Source: a virus. From it: a stretch of 64,000 nucleotides of DNA. Where the stretch lies: positions 33,938 through 97,937 of IMG/VR virus record IMGVR_UViG_3300013094_000025, one strand, 5' to 3'. Position 1 is the first letter of the stretch, and each line of letters starts with the position of its first letter. The position numbers were made by a program, and so were the translations under genes. Positions 1 through 8,138 of the stretch are shown here, piece after piece. A model generated the notes under the pieces. That model ran no database searches and had not been told where the DNA came from. It was given only the letters and a program-made list of their open reading frames with translations.

Positions 1-195
1 TCTTTAGCAATTATTAGAGAATATTTAGATTATTCTAAAACTTATAAAGATAGATATACTTTAAATGTTGAAAAGCAAAATGACTATTGTAAAGGTCAAA
101 AGAAAAACGAAAAAACCTTTAAAGCTTTAGCAATTGATGTAGGGGAAGATAATGCTAAAAAATTTATTAACAATTTTATGTTTCCTGAGCTTTAA
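1..195 (+). CDS. C-terminal fragment of probable ferredoxin-dependent bilin reductase (PcyA/PcyX-like); 5' truncated by window
   Basis: Frame 1 is open from base 1 to TAA at 193-195: ...EKQNDYCKGQKKNEKTFKALAIDVGEDNAKKFINNFMFPEL*. This matches the PcyA-type C-terminus pattern Q-x-x-Y-C-x-x-Q-x-x-N-x-K-T...F...(L/M)-F-P. Not in ORF track. Confidence 0.6.
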   Translation, partial: SLAIIREYLDYSKTYKDRYTLNVEKQNDYCKGQKKNEKTFKALAIDVGEDNAKKFINNFMFPEL

Positions 196-397
196 TCTCT
201 TTAACAAACAATTGAATAATTTCAGCCCCTTTAAATTTTAAAAGACGTTCATTAGTTATATTAAAATGTTCAAGAGCTTTTTGTATACAGTCACTTTTAG
301 TAGCTGAGGCTGTTTTCCATAGATATACCGGACCCACTTTTATTACATGGACTATTCTTTTATGAATAAAATACTTGACATTTGTAGAATTTGACAT
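176..397 (-). CDS. small hypothetical protein (about 73 aa), probably late
   Basis: ORF track 176..430. The internal ATG at 397 follows a minus-strand TAAATA box (411-416), as in other late genes. Confidence 0.5.
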   Translation of the reverse strand: MSNSTNVKYFIHKRIVHVIKVGPVYLWKTASATKSDCIQKALEHFNITNERLLKFKGAEIIQLFVKEIKAQET

Positions 398-403
398 TAT
401 TAT
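375..403 (+). promoter_or_regulatory. sigma70-type early/middle promoter of the DNA-modification operon
   Basis: TTGACA (375-380) - 17 nt - TATTAT (398-403); ATG at 416. Confidence 0.7.
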
Positions 404-415
404 TGTACAATATTT

Positions 416-1267
416 ATGCTTATTAGCCACGAAACACCTATTAGTCTTCTAGATACCTCTAGAGGCTACAATGATTATGATTATTGTCTAGTACATTTAC
501 TACCTGAACAGTCGGAATATCTTAAATTTTATAAGGATTCCGTCGAAATGGGTAGACACGTATTACTTGATAATAGTATTTTTGAACTTGGAGAAGCTTA
601 TGATTCAAAAGAATTTGCTTATTGGATTAATGAATTGAAACCTACTGAGTTTATTATACCTGACGTTCTTGAAAGCACAGAAGGAACTATTGAAAGCTTT
701 AAGAAGTTTACTAGCGAATATAGAAACCTTCCGAGTAGAAGTATCGGTGTAGTTCAAGGTAAGACATATAAAGAAATTGTTGAATGTTATAATTTCTTGT
801 GCAAGTATGTAACTAAGATTGCTATTTCTTTTGATTATTCGTTTTATCTTAATGAATGGCCTACTTTAGAATCGTTTGAAAAAGAATTAGGAGTATTACC
901 TGAATGGATAAAGGGACTCGAATTTAATAAGTGGGTAAGATATTCCTTAGGTAGAGTAGCTTTACTTCATAGACTTAGTGCTAAGGATAACTATTTTGAT
1001 TATAGAAAGGGTCATCATCTACTAGGATGTGCTACCCCTTGGGAGTTTAAACTCTATAACAAGACGCCGTATAAGATGTGTATTGAATCAATAGATACTT
1101 CTAATCCTATTGTAGCAGCTATTCTTCATAAGAAGTATAATCCTGTTTATGGGCTACATGAAAAGTGGTCAGTAAAACTAGTTGACTATATTGGCGCTAA
1201 TATAACTCGAGAACAGCTCGAATTAGCTTTTTATAATACGTCCCTATTTAGAAAATTCTGTTCATGA
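416..1267 (+). CDS. dpdA: TGT-fold 7-deazaguanine transglycosylase (DpdA-like)
   Basis: TGT barrel motifs in order: LLDNSIFE (cf. DSGGF), IIPDV, GVVQG, HLLG, SIDTS (nucleophile Asp). No C-terminal CxCxxC Zn site. Operon with QueF. Confidence 0.75.
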   Translation: MLISHETPISLLDTSRGYNDYDYCLVHLLPEQSEYLKFYKDSVEMGRHVLLDNSIFELGEAYDSKEFAYWINELKPTEFIIPDVLESTEGTIESFKKFTSEYRNLPSRSIGVVQGKTYKEIVECYNFLCKYVTKIAISFDYSFYLNEWPTLESFEKELGVLPEWIKGLEFNKWVRYSLGRVALLHRLSAKDNYFDYRKGHHLLGCATPWEFKLYNKTPYKMCIESIDTSNPIVAAILHKKYNPVYGLHEKWSVKLVDYIGANITREQLELAFYNTSLFRKFCS

Positions 1268-1785
1268 GAAAATGGGTAACGTTTTTTAGTCAGACAGGTT
1301 CTGAAATTTATAAGCTTTCAAATAGACTCGGAAGAAATCCGGATATTATTGTAACAAATAGTACAAAGATTAGGCCTGAAGTTGTTGATAAGTTTGGAGA
1401 TAGTATTGTTTACGTAGGTCCAAAGCCTACAGTAGAAGATTATCTTAGGTTTATACCCGTTAATAGTTTAGTTACTCTTCACGGATGGCTTAGAATAGTG
1501 CCTGAAGAAGTATGTGATAGGTACGAGATTTATAATCTTCATCCAGCTAACCTGTTTCATAACCCTGAATTGAAAGGTAAAGATCCTCAAAAGATGGCCT
1601 ATAAACAGAAACTAATATTTTCCGGTAATACTATTCATCGCTGTACAGCCGAATTAGATTCCGGAGAGATACTTGAACATAGTTATACTTCTATTGAAGG
1701 CTTAACGTTAGATGAAATTATTGCAACATTACATGAAGATGCTACAAATTTGTGGTATAGATTTTTAAAAAAGCATTTACAATAA
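1264..1785 (+). CDS. PurN-like formyltransferase, probable preQ1 formyltransferase (DpdN-like)
   Basis: FFSQTGS, LHGWLRIVP, NLHPA, GNTIHRCTAELDSGEI are GAR-transformylase fold motifs. ATGA overlap with the dpdA-like gene. Confidence 0.8.
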   Translation: MRKWVTFFSQTGSEIYKLSNRLGRNPDIIVTNSTKIRPEVVDKFGDSIVYVGPKPTVEDYLRFIPVNSLVTLHGWLRIVPEEVCDRYEIYNLHPANLFHNPELKGKDPQKMAYKQKLIFSGNTIHRCTAELDSGEILEHSYTSIEGLTLDEIIATLHEDATNLWYRFLKKHLQ

Positions 1786-1789
1786 ACGA

Positions 1790-2347
1790 ATGAAAATTGC
1801 TATTTCAGGTGCTCATAGTCAAGGTAAAACTACTCTTGTAAAGTGGTTGCAGGATATAAATGTTTTAACTGATTATAAGTTTAGAACTTCTTTAACGAGA
1901 GGAATGCAGAAAGCGGGGTATAATATTAATGAAGATGGGGATGAGGTAACTCAATTAGCTATTATGGCTAAGCATTTTCAGCGACTTAGTGAAGTAGGGA
2001 ATATAATTTATGATCGTTGTGCTTTAGATGGTTATGCCTATTCTATGTCTTTAGTAAAAGATCTTAAAGTTTTAGATATTATTAGAGATATGTTTTTATT
2101 AATGGTGGATAGATATGATATTATTTTTTATGTTGAGCCGGAGTTAGATCTTATAGAAGATGGTCAAAGGACAGTAAATAAAGATTTTTTTGATAGTGTA
2201 GTGCAATCTTTTGATTGTATTATTAAATCATATGCAATACCTGTTGTAAGGCTTAGCGGTTCTGTAGAAGAACGTGCTAGACAATTCTTTGTAGCTTTAC
2301 AGGATAAAGAGGTAGAAAAACACAACAACGAATTTTACGAATTATGA
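1790..2347 (+). CDS. P-loop nucleoside/nucleotide monophosphate kinase (AAA_28/NadR/dNMP-kinase-like)
   Basis: N-terminal Walker A ISGAHSQGKTT, DRCALD motif, EDGQR lid. Confidence 0.75.
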   Translation: MKIAISGAHSQGKTTLVKWLQDINVLTDYKFRTSLTRGMQKAGYNINEDGDEVTQLAIMAKHFQRLSEVGNIIYDRCALDGYAYSMSLVKDLKVLDIIRDMFLLMVDRYDIIFYVEPELDLIEDGQRTVNKDFFDSVVQSFDCIIKSYAIPVVRLSGSVEERARQFFVALQDKEVEKHNNEFYEL

Positions 2348-3255
2348 GTACAACTAACATGAATGACATTGCATCGAAGTCTTTAGGATCTTCGGCTTCG
2401 TATGCAGTATATACCGATACGTTTGATCCTACGCTTCTTAACCCGATGCCTCGATCCCTAGCTCGAGATGATTGGGGTATTAAAGCTGGAAGCTTTGTAG
2501 GATTTGATACATGGCATTGTCATGAAGCTACATTCCTTCTTAATAGTGGAGTGCCCGTAGCAGGTACACTAAAGTATGTTTATTCTTGTGACTCTGAGTT
2601 TATGGTAGAGTCAAAGTCTGCTAAGCTTTATTGTAACTCGTTTGATATGTGCAAGATGGGTGAGAATTATTCTCAGGCAATTGCTAATTATGAGAATCAA
2701 ATTAAAACAGATCTCGAAAATATTCTTAAGACACCAGTATCAGTTAAGTTTTTCCGTTCAGGATCTGATAATAATGCTGTAGACTCTGTTCCTGATTATG
2801 TTGATCTTACAGATAAGATTCATTTTAGCACTGAGATTACTGATTATGCTTCTAAGGAGGAGCATTTAAAGTTTTATTCACTTGAAGATGGTAACGAAAT
2901 TGTAGAATGTAAATATTTTACTAATGCGTTGAGGTCTCGTTGCCGTCATACAAAGCAGAAAGATACAGGTACGGCTTATATTCATATTATTACAAAGGGA
3001 TGTGAAGTAAATCCGGTATCACTCTTTAAGCAAATTGTATCGTTACGAGAAGTTAACGAGTTCCATGAATTCTGTGCTGAAAAGCTTTATACAAGTATTA
3101 AGAGTCATCCAGCAGTAATTGATTGTGCTGTAACTCTTCTTTATGCTCGTCGAGGATCGCTTGATATTAACCCGACAAGGGCTAGTCGAGCTGATCTTCT
3201 TCCATCTGTTCTTATTAATTCAAATGTCTATACAAAAAAGGCAATGGGTCAATAA
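2344..3255 (+). CDS. queF: NADPH-dependent 7-cyano-7-deazaguanine reductase QueF (bimodular type)
   Basis: QueF motif ESKSAKLY; catalytic SRCRHTKQKD (Cys/Asp), NEFHE, YARRGSLDINP. Confidence 0.93.
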   Translation: MSTTNMNDIASKSLGSSASYAVYTDTFDPTLLNPMPRSLARDDWGIKAGSFVGFDTWHCHEATFLLNSGVPVAGTLKYVYSCDSEFMVESKSAKLYCNSFDMCKMGENYSQAIANYENQIKTDLENILKTPVSVKFFRSGSDNNAVDSVPDYVDLTDKIHFSTEITDYASKEEHLKFYSLEDGNEIVECKYFTNALRSRCRHTKQKDTGTAYIHIITKGCEVNPVSLFKQIVSLREVNEFHEFCAEKLYTSIKSHPAVIDCAVTLLYARRGSLDINPTRASRADLLPSVLINSNVYTKKAMGQ

Positions 3256-3302
3256 GATTCACACTAGCACAAAACACAAAACTAATATAATATATTAACG
3301 AT

Positions 3303-3686
3303 ATGAGCGAAACAACAAACAAAATCACAATCTTCTTTGACTCTGTAGGACGTACAATCCTCGGAGAACGAGTTGACGAAGCAACAACAGATACAGTTCT
3401 TTCTATTAAGAACCCAGCAGTTGTCCACATTATGCCTAACCAGCAGACAGGACAGCTTACTCTTCAGATCCTTCCTCTCTTCTTCAGAGAGTTCTTGGCT
3501 GATAAGACCGAAGCTACAACTTGGAAGTATAACCGTTCACTCATTACTGAGTGCAATGATATTGCTTTTGACTTTAAGCTTCAGGCTCAGTACCAGCAGA
3601 TCTTCAATCCTAGTCCAATTATCACTCCAGGAGGTGTCACACCAGCCGATAAGACTGACGTAGTCCGTCTTTTTGACGAAGAATAA
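3303..3686 (+). CDS. hypothetical protein (highly expressed codon style)
   Basis: 127 aa ORF with a TATAAT upstream and C-ending codon bias like gp32/gp23. Confidence 0.75.
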   Translation: MSETTNKITIFFDSVGRTILGERVDEATTDTVLSIKNPAVVHIMPNQQTGQLTLQILPLFFREFLADKTEATTWKYNRSLITECNDIAFDFKLQAQYQQIFNPSPIITPGGVTPADKTDVVRLFDEE

Positions 3687-3721
3687 TTGGATTTAATAGA
3701 AGCAGCATCTAATATTGTCGT

Positions 3722-4819
3722 ATGGCTAAAAACGAACTCTCTCATTTAAAAGATATTTTTAAATCTGTCGATGACTTAAACCCAGACGCTGCAGTATTAG
3801 ATGCTGCTACTCTATCAACAGCAGATGATTGGATTGATACAGGATCATATGCTTTAAACGCAATTATTTCAGGGTCTCTTTATAAGGGAATTCCTGGAGG
3901 TCGTATTACAGGTTTTGCCGGTCCTTCTATGGCTGGTAAGACTCTTATTATGAGTAAGATTATGGCTAATGCTCAAAAGAAAGGCTATATACCTGTTATT
4001 TGGGATTCTGAGGTAGCCGTAGATAAGAAGAGTGCTGAAGGCGCTGGTATGGATTCAGCTCGTGTTAAGTATTATCCGGTAGAGACAATTGAAGATTGTC
4101 GTAATCAAATGTCTGCTTTCCTTGATAATGTTATCAAAGCAGATAATCCTGATCTTAAGTTTATTGTTGCTATCGATTCCCTCGGTAATCTAGCAAGTGC
4201 TAAAGAGATTAAGGATGCTACAGCAGGTAAAGACTCTGCTGATGTCGGTCAACGCGCTAAGGCAATTAAGTCTATGATGCGCACACTTACCTATAAGGCT
4301 GCTAAGGCTAAGGTACCAATTTTGTTTAGTAACCATATTTATGAAGGAATGGAAATGTTTCCTACTCTTGTTAAAACTCAGAGTGGTGGTAAGGGGCCGA
4401 TTTATCTTGCTTCGGTTCTTGTACAACTTAGCACGAAGAACGAGAAAAGCAGTGACAATCCTAATGAACAATCTGTGGCTATTGCTCATAATATTTCAGG
4501 TGTTACGTTAGGAGCAATGACAGTAAAGAATCGATTTGTACCTTCTTATCTCAAGACTGAACTTTATTTAAACTTTAAGTCAGGGCTTGATAAGCATGCA
4601 GGTCTTTTTGAAATTGCTGAAGCCTTTAAGGTTATTGAAAAGCCAGGACGTACAGTAATGTATAAAGGTGAGAGTCTTGGTTACAGAAAAGATCTTGAAA
4701 AAGATCCTAAATTCTGGGAAAAGATTATGCCAGAGCTAGAGAAGGTTCTTCAAGAACAACTTTGCTATGGTACAGGGGATTCAGTTGATATTGAAGAAGA
4801 AGTCGATAATATCGAATAA
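3722..4819 (+). CDS. uvsX: RecA-like recombinase UvsX
   Basis: IDTGSYALNAIISGS, Walker A AGPSMAGKT, DSE, IDSLGNL, SGGKG, KNRF. Confidence 0.95.
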   Translation: MAKNELSHLKDIFKSVDDLNPDAAVLDAATLSTADDWIDTGSYALNAIISGSLYKGIPGGRITGFAGPSMAGKTLIMSKIMANAQKKGYIPVIWDSEVAVDKKSAEGAGMDSARVKYYPVETIEDCRNQMSAFLDNVIKADNPDLKFIVAIDSLGNLASAKEIKDATAGKDSADVGQRAKAIKSMMRTLTYKAAKAKVPILFSNHIYEGMEMFPTLVKTQSGGKGPIYLASVLVQLSTKNEKSSDNPNEQSVAIAHNISGVTLGAMTVKNRFVPSYLKTELYLNFKSGLDKHAGLFEIAEAFKVIEKPGRTVMYKGESLGYRKDLEKDPKFWEKIMPELEKVLQEQLCYGTGDSVDIEEEVDNIE

Positions 4820-6168
4820 TGTCTGCTCCCACTCCTGGTAAGCTAGATCTCGATTATTACGAGAACATTATTCTTTTTAATTCTCTTCTTAGTCAAGAAT
4901 ATCTAGCTTCAATTATTGATCATGCTGATCCTACTTACTTTAATGATAAAAGTATTCAAACAGTTTTTAAGTGCATTATATCGTTCTTTACTGAACGTGG
5001 AACAGTGCCTACAGCTACTGAAATTAAATCCAGACTCTCAACAGACGAAGAGAGACGATCATTTAATGAAGTAGTAACTCGCTTTAAAGAACTAGATACA
5101 AAGTTTAATAAAGAGGAGCTTCTTAATAATACAGAGAGGTTTCTAAAAGAAAGATGTTTGTATAAAACTATTGTTGATACTGCAGAAAAGTACTCTGAAG
5201 GTAAAGCAGATCCTGCTGAGATATTAAAGGAGTTTGAAAAAGCTTATAATATTAATCTTAGTGAGGATATGGGTCATTGGTACTTTGAAGAAGTAGATGA
5301 GCATATTAAAGAACTTACTAAAGTATATAATGCTATTCCTACAGGATGGAAATTCTTAGATGAGAAAATTGAAGGTGGTTTATTTCCAAAGTCTCTTTAT
5401 TGCCTAGTAGGTCAAGTTAATATTGGTAAGAGTATTTTCCTTGGTAATATTGCTGCTAATATGGTAATGAAGAATAGAAATACTCTTCTTATATCTTTGG
5501 AAATGTCTGAGTTTATGTACGCTAAACGTATTAGTGCTCAGCTTACCCAGATTCCTCATCATAGTCTTAAGTTGTATACCGATGAACTTAAAGATCAAGT
5601 TAAGCATATTGAACGACAGTTAGAGAGTAAGCTTATTATTAAAGAATACGCTCCAAAGACAGTAACAGTAAGAAATATCGATGCTTATATAACAAAACTA
5701 GCTCACAAAGGGTTTAAACCTGAAGTAGTTGTTATTGATTATATTAATCTTCTAAAGCCAACATCTAAGAATCTTAATTCGTACGAGTCTGTAAAAGAAA
5801 TAGCAGAACAACTAAGAGCAATGTCATTTAAGTATAATATACCTATTGTTACAGCTTCTCAGCTTAATCGTGGAGCGTTTAATACAGCCAGTCCAGGTAT
5901 GGAAGGTATTTCAGAATCTATTGGATTAGCAGCAACTTGTGACGTAATTTGTTCTTTGTGGCAAGAAGATGAAGATAAAGAATTAGGTATTATTAATCTC
6001 GGTATGCAAAAGAATAGATTTGGAGCTAACTTTGGTAGCTGCGCTTTTAAGGTTAAGTACGAAACTTTAACTCTTAACGAGGTTAGTGCTGATCACTTTA
6101 CTACTGAAACTCCTCAACAGGCTGTTAGTGATGCTCAAAGTGCCTTACAAAGTTTATCTGAGCCTTGA
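4819..6168 (+). CDS. gp41: DnaB-like replicative helicase (T4 gp41-like)
   Basis: PTGWKFLD, GQVNIGKS, SLEMSE, IDYINLL, TASQLNR, SESIGL, KNRFG. Confidence 0.95.
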   Translation: MSAPTPGKLDLDYYENIILFNSLLSQEYLASIIDHADPTYFNDKSIQTVFKCIISFFTERGTVPTATEIKSRLSTDEERRSFNEVVTRFKELDTKFNKEELLNNTERFLKERCLYKTIVDTAEKYSEGKADPAEILKEFEKAYNINLSEDMGHWYFEEVDEHIKELTKVYNAIPTGWKFLDEKIEGGLFPKSLYCLVGQVNIGKSIFLGNIAANMVMKNRNTLLISLEMSEFMYAKRISAQLTQIPHHSLKLYTDELKDQVKHIERQLESKLIIKEYAPKTVTVRNIDAYITKLAHKGFKPEVVVIDYINLLKPTSKNLNSYESVKEIAEQLRAMSFKYNIPIVTASQLNRGAFNTASPGMEGISESIGLAATCDVICSLWQEDEDKELGIINLGMQKNRFGANFGSCAFKVKYETLTLNEVSADHFTTETPQQAVSDAQSALQSLSEP

Positions 6169-6204
6169 TAAATGTAACAATATGTAGTAAATAAAGCTAC
6201 ATAT

Positions 6205-6519
6205 ATGTTTAATGAAAAGGTATTAGACGATTTCTTATCTAAGAATGACCCTTTAAAGCAAATTTGTACAAAAGAGTTTATACTCGGTGTATTTAAATTT
6301 GGTTCCTTTTTATCTATTTTACATAATAAAAGACTAAATCCTTCAGCAGTATTTGTTCTTATATTAGAAAGTAAAGAGATAAGAGATTTATTCGTAGATG
6401 TCACTCACTCAGAAAACGCTAAAGAAGCCTTACTTGGCCTCTTGCAACTTTACCCGCCGCTACTAAAATCAAAGAATACTAAACGACTATTCAAGAAATC
6501 AATATCCGGCAAAAAGTGA
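6205..6519 (+). CDS. hypothetical protein (gp33 position)
   Basis: 104 aa ORF; TAAATA at 6188-6193; sits in the T4 33-59-32 synteny slot. No motif recognised. Confidence 0.6.
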   Translation: MFNEKVLDDFLSKNDPLKQICTKEFILGVFKFGSFLSILHNKRLNPSAVFVLILESKEIRDLFVDVTHSENAKEALLGLLQLYPPLLKSKNTKRLFKKSISGKK

Positions 6520-7184
6520 CTGAACTAGAAAAAAGAATTTACAATAAACATTTAGCGGTGTCTCGATCTTTACGTAATAAGCCCTTTAAACTTAAAGGTG
6601 ATTTTACTAATTTTAAAGATAGTACAAAATACCCTTCAATAAAAAGACTTTGTATATTCTTTAACAAGTATCCTGATGTTGATATGGATACATATTTTAT
6701 GGCTCCATATAAGCTATATTCTGATACTGATTATTTTGATTTAGCTTATTTTGCCTCACCTAGAGCTATCAAAGCATATACAACTTATAAAAATCAGCTT
6801 TTACAAATGTCTCCAGACAAGCAACAAAATGAAGTTAAAGAATCATTATTGTTTATATCAAGATTTTGTTTAATGAACAAAATTCAACTTCATGAATATC
6901 CTACTTTTAGATTTAAAGGTATGGCTCCAGAATGGGTATATCATTTAAAAAGTAATAAAATAAATCCGTATTCTTTGATGGAATTTCGAGGCATTTTTAA
7001 TTATATAAATGAGATGCCCTTTGATGAAAGAGAGTTATTACTTGGTAACTTTGGTAGTAACTATGTAGACTATAAATCCCGTTACAATTCATCAACAACA
7101 TTAAAACCCTTTCTTTCTGTAGCCGCAGAAAAATTAAAACTTTTTATAGATAAGAGCTTGAACAGTTCAAAATCTTATGTATAA
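6516..7184 (+). CDS. hypothetical protein, possible gp59-like helicase loader
   Basis: 222 aa basic/aromatic protein immediately upstream of gp32. Function inferred from synteny and size only. Confidence 0.5.
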   Translation: MTELEKRIYNKHLAVSRSLRNKPFKLKGDFTNFKDSTKYPSIKRLCIFFNKYPDVDMDTYFMAPYKLYSDTDYFDLAYFASPRAIKAYTTYKNQLLQMSPDKQQNEVKESLLFISRFCLMNKIQLHEYPTFRFKGMAPEWVYHLKSNKINPYSLMEFRGIFNYINEMPFDERELLLGNFGSNYVDYKSRYNSSTTLKPFLSVAAEKLKLFIDKSLNSSKSYV

Positions 7185-7222
7185 TACACACAACACAAAC
7201 AACCCAACAACACAATACTATT
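7158..7222 (+). promoter_or_regulatory. gene 32 promoter and unstructured A/C-rich leader
   Basis: TTGAAC (7158-7163) - 16 nt - TATAAT (7180-7185), then a G-free leader acacacaacacaaacaacccaacaacacaatactatt. Confidence 0.6.
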
Positions 7223-8113
7223 ATGACATTAACTAAAAACCTATTCGCTGAAATTACAGCATCCCTATCTAATAAGAACGAAAATATCTATAAGGATATT
7301 CTGAAGTTTGAGGCTAACAAGACTTATCTCGTTCGTCTTGTACCTAATATTAACGAGCCAAAGAAGTCTATTTACAGCTATAAGCACCACAGCTGGAAGA
7401 GTCACTCTAACGGTCAGTTTATTACCTCACTCTGTCCTAGCACTTATGGGGAGAGCTGCCCGATTGATTCCTACGTTATGAAGACGTACAATACAGGTAC
7501 TGATGAAGAGAAGAAGAAGCTTGGAGAAATCTCTCGTAAGGAGAGTTGGATGGTTAACGCTTACGTTATTTCCGATCCTACTAACCCTGAGAATGAAGGT
7601 AAGGTTAAGGTCATTCGTTACGGTAAGGAGCTTGCTAAGATTATTGACAGTGCAATTACTGGCGATGATGCAGCTGAGTTCGGAGCAGCTAAGGTATTTG
7701 ACGTTGCTAATGGTAGCACTCTTCGTATTAAGTGCGAACCTCGCACAGGTAATACTGGTAATCGTATGTCAGTAACTTATTCATCTTCTAAGTTCTTGTC
7801 TCCTTCTAAGCTCGATATCCCTGAAGAGAAGGTTGTAAGTGTACATAAGGATATTCATGATCTTGCGAAGTTTAACAAGACCAAGACTACAACTGAGCTT
7901 CAGCAGTCCCTTGATCAGCACTTCCATTGCATTGAAGATGTAAATACAACAGAAGAGGTTGATGAAGATACTCTTCCAACACCAGTAGCTAAGATCCCTA
8001 CTAAGGATGCAGCTCTTGAGTCAATCTTTGAAGGTGTTACTGAGGCTCCTAAGCCTACACCTGCTGTAGATGATACAGATGCAAAACTTAAAGAACTACT
8101 TGCTGGACTCTAA
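7223..8113 (+). CDS. gp32: single-stranded DNA-binding protein (T4 gp32-like)
   Basis: VRLVP, HSW...CPSTYGESCPI, VNAYVISDPTNPENEGKV, YGKEL, acidic tail ending LKELLAGL. Confidence 0.92.
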   Translation: MTLTKNLFAEITASLSNKNENIYKDILKFEANKTYLVRLVPNINEPKKSIYSYKHHSWKSHSNGQFITSLCPSTYGESCPIDSYVMKTYNTGTDEEKKKLGEISRKESWMVNAYVISDPTNPENEGKVKVIRYGKELAKIIDSAITGDDAAEFGAAKVFDVANGSTLRIKCEPRTGNTGNRMSVTYSSSKFLSPSKLDIPEEKVVSVHKDIHDLAKFNKTKTTTELQQSLDQHFHCIEDVNTTEEVDEDTLPTPVAKIPTKDAALESIFEGVTEAPKPTPAVDDTDAKLKELLAGL

Positions 8114-8138
8114 AATATTAGCCACTATACTCAAATTT

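Noticed and set aside
1264-1785. purN as a purine-biosynthesis auxiliary gene
   Set aside because: It is coupled between a TGT-fold gene and QueF with no other pur genes in the window; a DNA-modification role fits the context better, though it is not proven.
416-3255. tRNA queuosine pathway (tgt/queF)
   Set aside because: The TGT-fold protein is short and lacks the Zn-binding tRNA-recognition region; no queA/queG seen.
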